Shown: positions 14,490 to 27,802 of the stretch, in pieces
Layout of the letters: each line of letters begins with the position of its first letter
How positions within the stretch are numbered: the stretch's first letter is position 1
Assembly: GCA_021432655.1 (NCBI GenBank)
Contig: MU271194.1
Span: forward strand, 1 to 64,000
Length of the DNA stretch: 64,000 nt
DNA from: Atractiella rhizophila
Taxonomy: Eukaryota
Reading direction: 5' to 3'
The notes under the pieces: generated by a model
The model's input: the letters and a program-made list of their open reading frames with translations, nothing else
Databases searched by the model: none
What the model was told of the DNA's origin: nothing
Made by a program: the position numbers and the translations under genes

Positions 14490-16215
14490 ATGTCAGAATC
14501 CGGAGCCATCAAATTGAGTATCATCGGGGGTGGAATTGGAGGGCTCACATTGTGTGTGGCTTTGTCTTCCCTAGCTCCAGAAGGAAAGTATGAGATCCAC
14601 TTGTTCGAAGCTGCTGTAGGTTTTACCTCCAAGCAGAATAAATACATAGTTGACTTGCATAACCAGCAAAAGTTCGAAGAAATTGGAGCGGGTGTGGGAT
14701 TCGGACCTAACAGTGTTAAAACTCTTGATAAGTTGAACTTGAGAGGGGTTTATGGCTTGGATCTCAAGCCTGAAGGTTTAAAAGAGGAGGAAGAGAAGCC
14801 GCATCATATCTGGTTCAACTGGAAAAGGGTAAGTCGTGCATTTACTTGACCTTTGTCGCCATAACATTGAGATGAATAGGGTGATGGAGATTTCAGTGAG
14901 GATGAAGGAACAATAGGGAGAGTCCGTAACATGTCTTGTGCATGTCCAACTGCTCACCAAGAGACAGACCATCGCCCCAGGCTATCAAAAAGCGTCGGTG
15001 CACCGGGCTGACTTCCTCTCTCTTTTGCTCTCTCGCCTTCCGCCGACCTGTACTGTGCATTTCTCATCACGTCTCACATCCTACACTTCCCCATCCGATG
15101 CATCCGTCACAACGCTCCATTTCGAAGACGGCCAAACATTTGAAACCGATTTGCTGATTGGTTGTGACGGTGTCCGGAGCGTGGTGAGAGCGGGTTTATT
15201 TGGTGATGCATACAAGGCCAGATTCACCGGAACTTGTGCTTTTCGAGGGTTAATAGAGGTGGAGAAAGCAAGACAGGCACTTGGTGATTGGGCTACGAAG
15301 CCAGTTATGTGGCTTGGTGTTGATAAGGTCGGTTCGTTTCGCCTTCGCGCTTCCATCTGAATACTGTGTCCAGCATGTCCTACACTTTCCTGTTCGGCGC
15401 CAAACGCTCGTAAACATAGTTGCCTTTACTTCTGATCGATCAACTTCGACTCCTGAGTGGAAGAGCGGGCCGTGGGTCCAGACTGTGAGTAAAGACGAGT
15501 TTTTAGGAGAATTCGAAGGGTGGGATGAGAGAGTCCAGAGATTGCTTCAGGTTTGTCTTATTCTCCACCAGCTATCGCGCTCAGCTGTAATTAGTTCATC
15601 GAGAACCCAAGTAGGTGGGCTATTCACGACGTCCCCCCTATTCCCAGTTTCGCTATAGGCAATATTGCTCTACTGGGTGAGTTCTTTGAGTATCTAAGAC
15701 TTTATTAACGAGCAATTGTCCAGGCGATTCAGGTGACGCGTTGACCATTTGTGACTTCACTGATGTCTGAAGAAGCTTCCAGCTCATGCCATGCTTCCGC
15801 ATCAAGGGGCTGGCGCAGGTCAAGCCATCGAGGCAAGATTTTAACTATATCCAATAACGGGCTGATGGTGTTTCAGGACGCTTACCTCCTTGCCAACATT
15901 CTGGCACATGAACTTACCAAGCGGGAAACGCTGAGTAAAGCTCTAGCAGTTTACTCAGAGATACGACTTCCCAGGGCTCAAAAGGTGCACTGGACCAGTG
16001 AAAAAGCGGGTAAGTGAATCCTTCAAGTGACAGATCCCTCAGGCTCATCCTCCGTGATAGGGAGAGTGTACGAGATGGTGGAACCTGGAATCGAAAATGA
16101 CACGGAAAAGATGCGAGCAGAGCTTGAGACCAGGATGTCGTGGATTTGGGAATGGAAACCTGAGGAGGAGCGGTCTAAAGCTTTCGAGCTGCTGTTATCC
16201 TCGACAGTTTCGTGA
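14490..16215 (+). CDS. FAD-dependent monooxygenase, salicylate 1-hydroxylase-like
   Basis: GGGIGGL FAD motif, EIGAGVGFGPN, VHRADFL, DLLIGCDGVRSVVR, LLGDSAHAMLPHQGAGAGQAIEDAY, and C-terminal RMSWIWEW. Confidence 0.9.
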
Positions 16216-16336
16216 AATAAAACTCTCAAGCGAGTCGAAAGATGATTGGAACCATTCCATGGTATACTAACTGGACAAAGAACGTACAATACAAAGCACA
16301 AGCGAAAGAAAGGCCAAATACCCGCCGGAAGTCAAT

Positions 16337-18012
16337 CTATCTTCCCTTGATTGGATAGAAAGCGAAGTCTGTATTCTGCTCCTGTAGTTCTGGAACATTC
16401 CGCTTTGGCTGGCGTGATGTGCTGTTCTTCCCTCCAGGGTATGCAGCCATCGTGGGGTATGCGACGGATGTTTGTGGAGGAGGCATACGGATATCGTTTG
16501 TAGATCTCGTTGAGACTGTAGGTGAAGGGAGGGGAAGGGATGACTGTTTCGTTGTTTCGTTGCTGTGAGTGCCGAGCTACGGTTGGGTTTGGAAAGCTTA
16601 GAGGAATAGTTGGGAGAAGCTTGTGACGTCGAACTGAAGGTGGATTTGAGGGCTGGAGAACCTTGACCTGGCGAGCTGCTGACAACGGTGACCTCGCTTC
16701 CTGCGAACCAAGAGAGATTTGAGAGGCGCTCTGAATGCCCGGAACTGGACTTGATGGGGAAGGTAGGGGGATCAAGGTTGACGAAAGAAGCTTCGCTATT
16801 ATTTGTGCTTGCATGAGCCCACGATCTGTCGCTCATTGGGACTGGGGAAGAATAAACGGGGTATGATCCTTTGGAATGGGATATCGAGTTCGATCGCGAT
16901 CGCAGTCCTTCCTGACGATGTGCCTTTTCGGGAGGAAAAGCGAATTTTTTGAACTGAAACTCCGAGGTGCTCACACTATGGGAACTTGAATTATGCCCGT
17001 GGGAGGAGGGTTGGGAGAAAGGCTCTTTTGAGAAGTCGGATCGGAGTTGGGAAGCGGAGGCAGCCATTTTCTTTAGTTGATGCTCCCGCTTTTTAGCTGA
17101 TCGCCGACGACTCCAGATGAGTACGAGAGCGCCAATGCCCAAGAGTGCAATGACGCCGACAACCCCTCCGATTAGGAACGGGGTGCGATCTGAGCCTTTT
17201 TTGTCAACACTCAGTCCAGCATCCAATCGCGCCTGCCGATCAGTAAAAGTTGAACCTTTGTTTTCGGAGGAGTTAAACATCGCCCAACCTGATAACAGTC
17301 AGCAACGAAAGCGCCGTTAATGGTGGAATGCGAACTGGGTAATTGAGTGTTCGTTGGAAGCTCAATAGGAAGGCTGTAAATGGCTCCTTCGTTGCTGATC
17401 AGGCCATTAACCAGACCTCCTCCGGTCAGGCAAACAGAGACTTACTCGCCAGTGTATTCCTGAGAAAACCTTGTCAGACTAGGAAAGACAAGGGACACGA
17501 GTGCGAGCTCACAAAGTTGCACTTTTCGGTGTGTTGAAAGAAAGATGGCCAAGATGCACCCTGCGATTCTGCGCAGGCGCTCAACTATCGTAAAATGTTA
17601 TGGGTAAGATCCATTGCTTCCAAGTAAAACATACAAGGTTGTACACCGGCTGAAATAGGTATCAGCTCCTCTCAACGTTTGATAAAAGCACGAACCATCG
17701 AGCAGTCACAGCGATTCCAGTTCCACCATTCCTGGGAAGAGTTTGTTGGGCCCGGATAAGCCTAATTGACCAAGGATAAGCATATGAGAATATGCCGCAA
17801 TGGTGCAAATTTACCCAATTGCCAGCTGGCAAGCTCCAAAGGGTGAAAGTACTGTTCTGACATCTTGCAAATATCTTGGACGCAACGACACAAGGAGACT
17901 CTCCGAATACGTTGTTGAAGAACTCGAACCCGGCCTGAGGGACGGCGTCGGAAGATTGAGCAGTTGCGCGGGGATTAAGGCAGCTCAAGGCGAAGATGAG
18001 AAGGGGTATCAT
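16337..18012 (-). CDS. Type I single-pass membrane protein (signal peptide, Cys-rich ectodomain, Ser/Pro-rich tail)
   Basis: Signal peptide MIPLLIFALSCLNPRATA. Cys-rich exons (SPCVVASKIFARC, NRCDCS). TM helix FLIGGVVGVIALLGIGALVLIW followed by RRRSAKKR. The true 3' end is uncertain because of an apparent frameshift near 16577. Confidence 0.7.
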
Positions 18013-18655
18013 GATAGCTGGACGTTGAATGTCAGCACTGGAATAATCCTGCAGAGCCGAGCACGTACCTGTGGGTGCAACCAGGCGATTCAAATGAAAA
18101 TAGAGAGTGACAATAATGAAGGTCAAAGCACGCGGTTTCCCCGGATAGTCACCAGGAAAGAGACTGCACTTTCAAAGAGTGATACATAAACTGATAACAC
18201 AACTCGTTTATGGCCTTCGACACGGTGCAGAAATATTGGACATGGAGCTCAAAAGAGGGGAGAGAAAGCCATCCCCAATCAGTCGTCGTTGCTTTTGATG
18301 AGGAGCTTGAGGCGGTAAAGTGCAACATGAGCACGCGTTTCATCATGAATCCGATCGTAAGTCGGATGTCAGTTAGTGCCGCATTCCGGCTAGGGACCAA
18401 GGATAATATCGTTCAGTCATTTTTTTCTTTATTGATGCAAGGCACGAGGAGACCTTCTGCATCATCGATACCTACGGGCTATTGACCGTGAAAGGCATTT
18501 CTCAGTAATGGAGAGCGATAACTTCGTGACTCCCTTTCGCCGAGCTTGCATGTATAATGTATACTTCATTTCTTTCATCAGCACACAGAATGGGGATTTT
18601 TCATCACTGGCTGTTCGCGCCGACATGAATACGGCTAACTGAGACCCCGGATTGA

Positions 18656-20404
18656 TCAAATAGGAAGGGGAGATACAGCAAAGTCGCGGCTTCGAACTGT
18701 CATTCATGCTCAAGGTTCAGTCATGGTAAAGGCACAAACGTGTTGAAAGGACGAACCTAGGTTATCCCATATCGCGTTCTCCTCTTTTGAGAAGCCCAAG
18801 AGCATGATTCCTCGCTTGGTGCAGGCAGCGAGTATCGGATCCCAATCAATGACTTCTCGTCCAATTCGAAACACCTTCAAGCCCGGAAGATAGCCTCCTA
18901 GATGTCCAATACATGAGTTCACGATCAAATGCGAGAAAGAATACTAACTTTCCAATGCTCGACACCACTGTGACTCGTAGTTCATATGCACGCGATGAGC
19001 CATCGTAATCGTTACTTGAACAGAGAAGAACTGGAAAGGAGAACGCGACAAGAAGTCTTCAAACATCATTTCGGTATTCCCAACCAGTTCCAAGACAGAA
19101 AGCTTTTTAGTCTTGAAAAATACAGCACGACAGATATCAACTTGGTCGTAAATAAGTTTAAGATGCAAGTTTTCGTTTTCAAGGAGGAGGATAAGTTTTA
19201 AACAACTTTCAGCGTCCGAAAAGAAGGAGGGGTGTACTACAAAATATTTCAAGGATGATTGAGACGACATAAATAATTTACTGCAGGTGATCAAATCGGA
19301 GAATGGTTGCCAAATGCTTGGGGAGCCTTCCAATGAGAGCCTATCCAGCTGAAAAAGGGGCTTTATGTGCGTGACGCCTTCGGGAAAGGAAATTCGAATG
19401 GCCTTGAGCGAAAGGGTCTTGAGATGTCGGCATGAAGGCAAGGAGGGGAAGATTGCGAGGGCGTTATTGATATGGTTAGGACGTGAAGAGACCTTGACTC
19501 CCCAAAAGTTGAGATGATTGAGATATGGTAGTTCGGGAATGCAAACAGGATCTTGCTGATAGGAAGGAAGTAGATGATCGAGGCCTAAATGAAGCTCAAG
19601 CAATGAGGCTTGAAATAATCCTAAGAAATTTGCGAGCTGTCGAAAATCCACAACATCTGTGTCGTCATATGTTGGTTGTAGTTGAAGCTTCCTGAGTCTC
19701 CCCTTCGAAGCGGAAAATAGTTGTATCCAAGTTTGGAGTTCATGTCCCACACCCACAAGCTCCAACTCCGTCAGTGATAGACTCGATGGTAAGGGGGAAG
19801 AATGAGAAAATGCGATTGACAGGACTGCAGAGTCAACAATGATGTTGCGCAAGCGAAGGGAGACGAGATTGACGCTGTCAGATAGGCGAGGCACTGTGCT
19901 GCTGAGCGAAGGAGAGGCATATCCATACTTTGGCACTGCTGCTATCTCGAGTATTTGGAGATTCGGTAAGGAAGGTAAGTTTGGACCAAGATGGCCTTCG
20001 ATTCGCAGGCGAAGGACGGACGGGATGGACTCTAAAGTAGCGACCAGGAAATTCCATCCGTCGTCTTCCTCGTCGTCCTCCGCATCTCCAAAATCCAAGT
20101 AGCCCTGGACAGAGCTAGACACGTCGTCTTCCTCGTTTTTCAGCTTGAACCAAAGGCTTTCAAAGTTTCTAGCCCATCCTAAACGCGCGAAGAAGCGATA
20201 GAACTCCTGAAGAGATTGTCGATTTTCGATGGTGTAGCTTCGAAGGTGAGGGATGGAAATGGCGTTGAATTGGCGACAAACTAGCCTCCATTGCAGTTTG
20301 TCGGGAAATGGAAGAAGCTGAAATATTTTGTAGAGAAGGCGGATTCGAGTCGCCTCAAAACTCTCATGAACAGGTGCATGCACTAATTGGACTGGGGCGT
20401 CCAT
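18656..20404 (-). CDS. F-box-like / leucine-rich repeat (RNI-like) protein
   Basis: N-terminal LLYKIFQLLPFPDKLQWRLVCRQFNAI is F-box-like, followed by many LxxLxL repeats in a long single exon. Further short 3' exons (ACTKRGIMLL). The end position is approximate. Confidence 0.75.
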
Positions 20405-20869
20405 AATGAGGCACGTGATTCTGTGGAGGATACAGTGAGCTCTTTTTTCACTCACACTGCCAGGGAAGGAAGTAGGGGATGCAACATGAAGGAGGTAGGA
20501 GGTTCTATGCGGTCGGTCTTCATAACCAAGATCAAGATCAATCAACTACCCGCTTCCTTGATAGCCCAAATTGGACGAACAAGAATTGAGAATTGCTTAC
20601 CAAGGAGCCCAAAAAACTCTACCCTAAACACGATACCTTTTTCCAATCACAATCAGCATGTTCAAACTCCTGAAGAAGCTCTAAGGCAGAAGTCATGGTG
20701 GCCTTCTTGATCCGACCCACAACCCGAAATTCAAGCCCGGGAAAACCGGGTCCGCCTTGGTCGAAGAGTCTGGTGCCTTCCAGAAGCCCTGTGTTCCCAA
20801 AGGCGTGTCAAAAATTTTGGAGAGCAACAGCACAACGACGAGTCGGCGTCAGCGTAACCTAAGCTGCAA

Positions 20870-22861
20870 ATGCCACCTCGAACAGGGTCCTCCGCCTCCA
20901 CTTTACTCTTGCTCTCTCCTTCTACGTCCTCCCGAAAACTTGCGGTTCCACCAGCAAACCGTGCTCGAAGTTTCCGTACTGGTCCAGCTGGCAGGCTGAA
21001 TGGGCAAGCTGGCAGACATTGGGGAAAAAGACAGCCAGAAATAGAAGCTTCTTACTCGTCTTGGGGCCATAAACGTGGGACTAAGGTGCGTGTTGCTCTT
21101 TCCTAAAAATATTGGGCTCGAGCTTGGACCACAGCGATCATTCCATGCCACCTCAACCGCGAGAGCTGCAGATCCTTACAAGGCGCTGGGAGTATCGAAG
21201 GACGCTTCTACGTCTGATATAAAGAAAGCGTACTTCCAGGTTCGTTATCTTTTCCCATGAAGTTGACAGAGTGCTGAGTAGTTTGATGCAGTTGGCGAAG
21301 AAGTATCATCCCGACACGAATCCCAATAAAGCCGAAGTAGAGAAGTTTCATGAGATCCAGGAGGCATACGATGTTGGTCCTTAGTCCACCCCACATTACT
21401 TGTGCTGACTATCCTGCTCAGACTTTAAGTGACTCTTCAAAACGAGCAGCATATGACAAATACGGTTCAGTTTCTCAAGAAGCTGGGTTTGACGCGAATG
21501 CCTACGAACGCGCATCTTCCTCCTTCGGTGGTTTCTCTGACATGTTTGGTGGCGGTCGAGGAGGTGGCGGAGGCTGGCAGCAAATGGACCCGTCATCGTT
21601 TGGGTCAGATATGTTCGACAACCTGTTCGGTGGCTTCACCTCCGCTCGACAAGCTCCTCGAAATGTGGCTGGCGACAACATTGAAACAAATATATCAATC
21701 TCCTTCCTAGAATCAACAACGGGTACGACGCGAAATATCGCCATCACCCCAGTCGTCGATTGTTCACCATGCAGTGGGAGTGGGATCAAAGCTGGAAAGA
21801 GTAAAGTGACATGTAGAACGTGTGGAGGGAGCGGTCAGAAGACTTTCCAGATTCAAGCTGGATTTGTGATGAGCTCTACTTGTCCAACTTGTCATGGAGC
21901 TGGCTCGACAGTGCCTAGGGACGCTGTTTGTGGAAATTGTGGAGGGCCCGGAAAGGTGAAAGAGCGCAAGACGATTACGGTGTCCGTTCCACCGGGAGCA
22001 GAGGATGGGATGCGAATACGGATGAGTGGGCAAGGAGATGCTCCTATATCTGGAAAGGGGAAGAGTGGAGACCTTTTCATTCGAATCAGCGTCCAACCTT
22101 CCACCGACTTCCGTCGGCAAGGCTCCAACGTCTATCATGATATCTCGGTGCCTTTCCACGTCGCACTTCTTGGAGGAACCGTTAAAATACCAACACTCGA
22201 ACAAGGACAAGAAGCTCTCAAGATTCCTGCAGGGACACAGCCTGGGCAGGAAATTACGCTGGCAGGAAGGGGAATCAAGCATCTTCGAGCGAGCCGGAAG
22301 GGAGATTACATTGCGACCGTTAGAATAACATTGCCACGGTTAGTGCTTCCCATTTTGCATTCATCACATATCGACGGAATCTTTGCAGGTCGTTAACGCG
22401 AAAGCAGCGAGATCTCTTAGAACAGTACGCTGCTGACGTGGAAGGGAAATCGTGGCCAGTCCAGTCTCCTCCAGCATCAACGTCAACTTCAACAGCTTCT
22501 CCTCCACCCTCCAAACCGCCAGAGCCTACCAGTTCGACGTCCCCTACGCCCGACTCCTCCACTACAGAACCAGGATCCTCCTCCTCGTCCCCAACTTCGG
22601 ACTCACCAACAGCTGGTAAGTAGTTCGTCCATTATGTTTCTTTCTACCGACCGCCTGGAACCAAAGGTTTTTGGGCTGGTTTGAAGGGATTTTTTGGTCG
22701 GACGTGCGTTCTGCTCATCCATGGATTGTCGCTTACATCTCATGCACTGGTCGCTAGATAAATCGGCTACTTCTGATTCGGGACCTTCGAAGAAGCGGTC
22801 AAAGGAGTCGCAACCACAAAAGCAAACTGAACCTAAACCCCAACCTACGCCTGCCACGTAA
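20870..22861 (+). CDS. MDJ1: Mitochondrial class A J-protein (DnaJ homolog)
   Basis: Presequence ending RSFHATS. J-domain DPYKALGV...IKKAYFQLAKKYHPD. G/F-rich region. Four CxxCxGxG zinc motifs. DnaJ C-terminal domain (VPPGAEDGMRIRM, KIPAGTQPG). Confidence 0.93.
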
Positions 22862-23449
22862 CGGTTTTCGGGATCTTACCTGACCACACGCAGTAGAGAA
22901 AAGTGCTATCATATACATCATTATACATCTTTAGAGCGTTTGCGCATCAGAAGCATGTAATATTGAAAGCACCACCACTCATCTATAATCATGAATAATC
23001 ATACCAAGTAATTTCACACATGGCCAGGCATGGTTGAGTTTAAGAAGGAGAAAGAGCAGCAGCGCCAGCATTGGCAGAAATAAGAAAGAAGTAAAGAAGG
23101 TAATCAATGGCTGACTGACACGTGACGTAAACAATAATCCAGTCAACTTTTTTCGCTACCGCAACGTCCCACGACACTACTCATCGCATACTCAGAACAG
23201 AGGAACGAATTCGTTCTCTACCATTTCCCCATAACCTCGCACCTTCAGATTGGAGCACTATTCCCACTGTCCTCTTCCATCTATCACTCTTCCCAAGCTT
23301 CGTCTTCCTGAGCTCCTGAGCTCACATCCAAGGAGAACTGGAGGATGCCATGATTGCTTCTAGCCCATTTTGCCGAAAGCTGCACAAAACGTCCAGAGTG
23401 AAGCAAGTTCTGCGTGGATAGACACATTGTTGCCTGCAAGGTTTTGGCG

Positions 23450-24631
23450 ATGGAGACTGAGGTAAGTCTCCATTCTCTTTGTGTTCATTTAGCCCTTGTG
23501 GAGCTCCTACGATCCCTTGCTGCCAATGCGTTGCAGAATCTTTGGTTTGGTTGTTCTGTTGGCTAAAGTTATTTAATCTTGAAGCGTGAAATTAGGACTG
23601 AACGGAAGCATGCAAGCTCTTCAGACTTGATAGACCGTTACGTGGCGGAGCCTGAAGTTATATCTACAGCTTCATTTACTAGGCTGAATGTAACGAGAAG
23701 AAGCCGTCGCTCCTTTGAGTCACGTGACTAAATTCTTCTCCGTCATTCTCATGGCGCCTTCTCAAGCGTGTTCACAAAGATGAAGCATATGAAATTTCGG
23801 AAACTTAAGAAGGTGCAGGACATGACTGTTCCATGGGAAAGTCTGCTCGCGGGTAACCTTATCACGGTCCCGAGTTTCGGTCTTTTTCCAGAATTTATCA
23901 GCCACAAGGCGCAGAATCCAGTTTTTGTCTTGACTTCCAATGGGACACTGGACGTCTTCATCAATATTCGCGTTTCTCGAAGCCGATCGGCGTGCCCGAG
24001 AGCAATTAAGAGGCATTCTTGGTTGCGCGGTAGTCACCCTCTCGTGCTGTAAATCGCCGACTTTTCAGTCGAAAACATCTGTTTCAGTCGGTTATTCAAT
24101 CCATTACAGAATAATCCGCGATCAAGCTGTGGATAACCCAGTAGATTAACACGGGGTTCGGGTGGAAGACCAAAATGAGAGTGATGACACTTGTTCTAGA
24201 GTACCTTCGCAAGATCTGTCCGAATCGCATGTTTTGACCTTGCTCATTGCAGCTCATAGACTGATATAAAAGGGCAGTCTATCCCACCTCGTGCTATATG
24301 TCATTATTATTTGTCTTGAATCCCCTCTTTGACGAAATCGCCTAACATCTTCGGCCTTGACGCCATCTTTCCTCTACCTCTTCCCTTTGTCACTATCCAG
24401 AACAAATAGCCTGTGTGTGCCCTTGTCGTTGATTTTGGTGACAAACTTAATTTCCGAGTTACTCTCACTTTCACCTCAAGGTTGTGCGCCGAGTTGGACC
24501 AGCCAGTTATTGCGTTTGGGTCCGTGCCCACAGGAGCTGCCCTTTTTGTCACGAGCAGGAAGTTCAGAGCGCCTTTCAATTTGGAAAAGCTTTTGGGCAC
24601 TTTCGACGCTTGGCCGTTATTCTCACAATGA
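23450..24631 (+). CDS. Possible multi-exon hypothetical gene
   Basis: ATGGAGACTGAG|GTAAGT donor at about 23462, open protein-like frames at 23585-23730, 23768-24052 and about 24401-24631, and an upstream CACGTGACG motif. A complete model could not be closed by eye. Confidence 0.25.
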
Positions 24632-26050
24632 AACTTTAGAGGCATTGATTCCGTCATTTTCGTTCTTTCGCTATTTCCCTCTGCTATCTTGCGGCAAGGA
24701 AATAGTGTGCATTATTTCGTGGTCATTCTTTCAATGGAACAAGGTTGTTTACAGAGGGGCTGCCTTGTGATGTTTGAGGGAGACTGTGACGCGACCAGTG
24801 GAGACCAGTCGGGATCCGTCGACTCGTTCGACCTCTTCCCGACTGCTTCGCCTCATGTCACTCCACCAACCCCGCTGAAAACCTTCGTGGCTCAACACGC
24901 CGTCTTTTCCCTTCAATTACCGTTTTACGGCGTATCTTATTGTAATCTGTGTCTACTTTCGACAGGATTAGTCGCCTGATAGCTTTCAAATCATCCTAGG
25001 CGGCTGTCAGGCTGTAGGGGAGGTCCGGGGGACAAAGGCAATCACCTTTCACTGGCTCGGCCAGCACCTTGCAGGAAGCTTGGTCACCCGGTATCCGATA
25101 TCGCGCCACTGTTAACTAAAAGATGTCTGCAAAAAGAAACACCTCCTTGGAGAGGAGTTGGTAATCATTCAGTTCGATTCTTGACCGGACTGACCTTGGT
25201 TAGACGCAGCGTCCAACCCCATTATTTGAATAACTTTCGCTCGTGCGATGGAACGACAGGGAACGATACTTGCTTAGTATGATGATGACTCCACTTTACC
25301 CTGAAAAGCCTTCAGGAGTTCCGTCAGACTGATGTTGACAGAGTTGACAACAGAGTTTTGAATGGACACTGTACGTCAAAACAGAAACTGCCAATCTTTA
25401 TCCGTTTGTCGTGGTTGGTGTCAAATTGTGACTGAATGTGGGACTGAATTCGACGGAGTCCTTTGCCTTTCAAACTTTCCTGGAGCAGCCTGGAAACAAG
25501 AAATACCGAGCAACATACATGCATGGCTGTCAATCACGTCTTCATGTTAGCCGAGCTCTGTGTACCACTTTTGGCTACTGTTACCCTGTTTTTTTTCCCT
25601 CTTGCCTGGTCGCTGCGCCTTTCATCCGTTACTTGCTCAGTCTGCTTGTTTCTGGCGCAATTCTGGCCCCAGTTTCTCTTTCCTTTGTTCTTACTTTGTT
25701 CCAGCTCCCTTGGCCTGGTGTGGATCTCAGTCGAATCAAGAGCATGATCTGAGTTAGCCCAAGGTTATCTCGCATTCCTGTGGCTTCAGTCGAGATCTAG
25801 CAAGATTGCGAATAAGCTTTGGAAGCACACGGGTGAAGGCCGCGGCGGAAATCAATGGGAAACTTAACCCCGATGGCAAGCAAGGCCCAATTGCAGACGA
25901 CGACGAAGAGCGAGGGTCCTTCGTTGTTGGATTTGGATCCCCCCACTGCCTTTCAGTTCACCTGGCTGTCCATTGCCCCTGGCTGCTCCGGACTTGCACA
26001 AGGGAAACCAACTCGCGCTTTCCGAATCATCCACGGCCACGATCAGGGGG

Positions 26051-26058
26051 TATAAAAA
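26051..26058 (+). promoter_or_regulatory. TATA box upstream of the Zn2Cys6 gene
   Basis: TATAAAAA, 130 nt upstream of the ATG at 26181. Confidence 0.5.
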
Positions 26059-26180
26059 GCTCGGCCCTGGCTGTCTTGTTGCCCTTACGATCGACCAACA
26101 GCGAACCACCTGATTCATCATCCCATACCTTCCAGACAGGTCAAGACGTCCCCTCCTCATACCTCCACAAATAAGATACC

Positions 26181-26976
26181 ATGGCTGCTTCTGGAACGAA
26201 ACCATCTCGCGTTGTGATCAACCCTTTGTCACGAAATCAGGCTTGCCAAAACTGCAAGCAACGGAAAATGTGGGTCTCTCAGGCTCCCTCGCTCTCACTC
26301 GCTCTCTTCGGGCTATGTCCGCTGACGCTGCTTTGCATGTGCAGACGATGTGGTGGTCAAAGACCAATTTGCGAATCCTGTGTAAAGTTTGCAACGGCAA
26401 GAGGAGAGGTGAGTCCCTTGTCCTTGTTGAATGACGTGGGCGCATTCTGATTCGCGCAATTCAAGGACCCTGCAAACTACTGCTTCTACTTGAGTGAACC
26501 AAAGCCTAAGGCTGGAGAGAAAAAGAGAACCTCTTCAGCAGAGGAGAAGGGTTCGTCTCATTCCGTTGGTTTCCGCTCGGCTCACTCGCTCTCACACAGC
26601 CATCAAACAAGCCGTCCCGATCACAGGAAATCGTTTAGCTGCGCGGGCCAGCCCTCAATCCACACCGTCACCCACAGAGGATCATTACGTTTATCCCACA
26701 TATTCTCAAACAGGATATGCCCCAAACAATACCTATCAGTCCAGCGGGTCCAATTACTCTTCCTCTCCCCTTTCTTCAGACGGCTTGACCTATCACCCTT
26801 ACTACCAACCTGCGACGTACGCGACCCCCACGTCCCATCAATTCAACCCTTCGTCTTATCCTCTGCACCCAATGGACTACGCTCAGTACACGACAGAAGA
26901 AGTGCGTAACTACTACGCAGATTCAGATCCTGCTTGGTCTGCCTCTTCCAGGGACCAGCAGAATCAACGTCGTTAA
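26181..26976 (+). CDS. Small Zn(II)2Cys6 binuclear cluster transcription factor
   Basis: Spliced RNQACQNCKQRKIRCGGQRPICESCVKFATARGEDPANYC, followed by a basic patch and a Tyr/Pro/Ser/Gln-rich tail. Three short introns. Confidence 0.85.
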
Positions 26977-27802
26977 ATGTTCTTACACGTGTCAAGAATG
27001 CGACGAGCTGAAGTGATGTTATTTTCGTTTTGTTTTCCTTTGTATTACCATTGACAAAAGTGAATCACGCGGAGTAGTAATTCCCCTGTTAATCTGTTTT
27101 CTGTCTCAAGTATTGAATCATGGCCATTTTTGTCGCGCCACATTCAGTCATTGTTATACAAATAGTTTGTTGCGTGTACACTACTCGAGGTAATCCATCC
27201 CACATCCTTATCGATCAGTAATTCGGGGTACTCCTATCTTTTGGGATTCGTGAATCTGAAGTCGCACATCAGTGCACCAAGTTGCACCTTCTCTTTGTCC
27301 TTCACGTCCCGACTTGACCTTATTCCCCCTCATTCCCCCTCCCGCATCATGGCCTATCATGCTTCCTTCACTGTCTACGCGCACACACGGGATCCCTTGA
27401 TTTCACAGCATAATTTACAGAAACTATACTTCAAGAAAGGATAAAATACACGCGCCCATAAACTGGTGAAGGAGAGAATCGAACGAAAATTCTGAATCCC
27501 AACACGACTCGAGACTGCTGGCACTACAGAGGCGACGGTAAAGACATACGACTATCCCTATCGAATTAACTTGTTGAAAACCATCGGAAGGATTAAACGT
27601 GACAGAGGCAAGGCTGTCGACTGAAGTCTGAGGGTATCGCTTCAAAGAGGAGCAAGGGAGTCTCTACGGCAATAAAAGGCATAAGGCAGCGGTGTCGAAG
27701 GGACGAAGAACGAAATAAACGAATGGTCGTGTTACTGGTAGAAATGGATAGAGGCAAAGCGCAGACAGGGCGTCAGAGTTGAAGATAAGTAGGGCGGATG
27801 TA

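Noticed and set aside
25160..25215. GTTCGATTC T-loop-like motif (also GGTTCGAAT at about 46706)
   Set aside because: No cloverleaf stems or A-box around either site, so neither is a tRNA.
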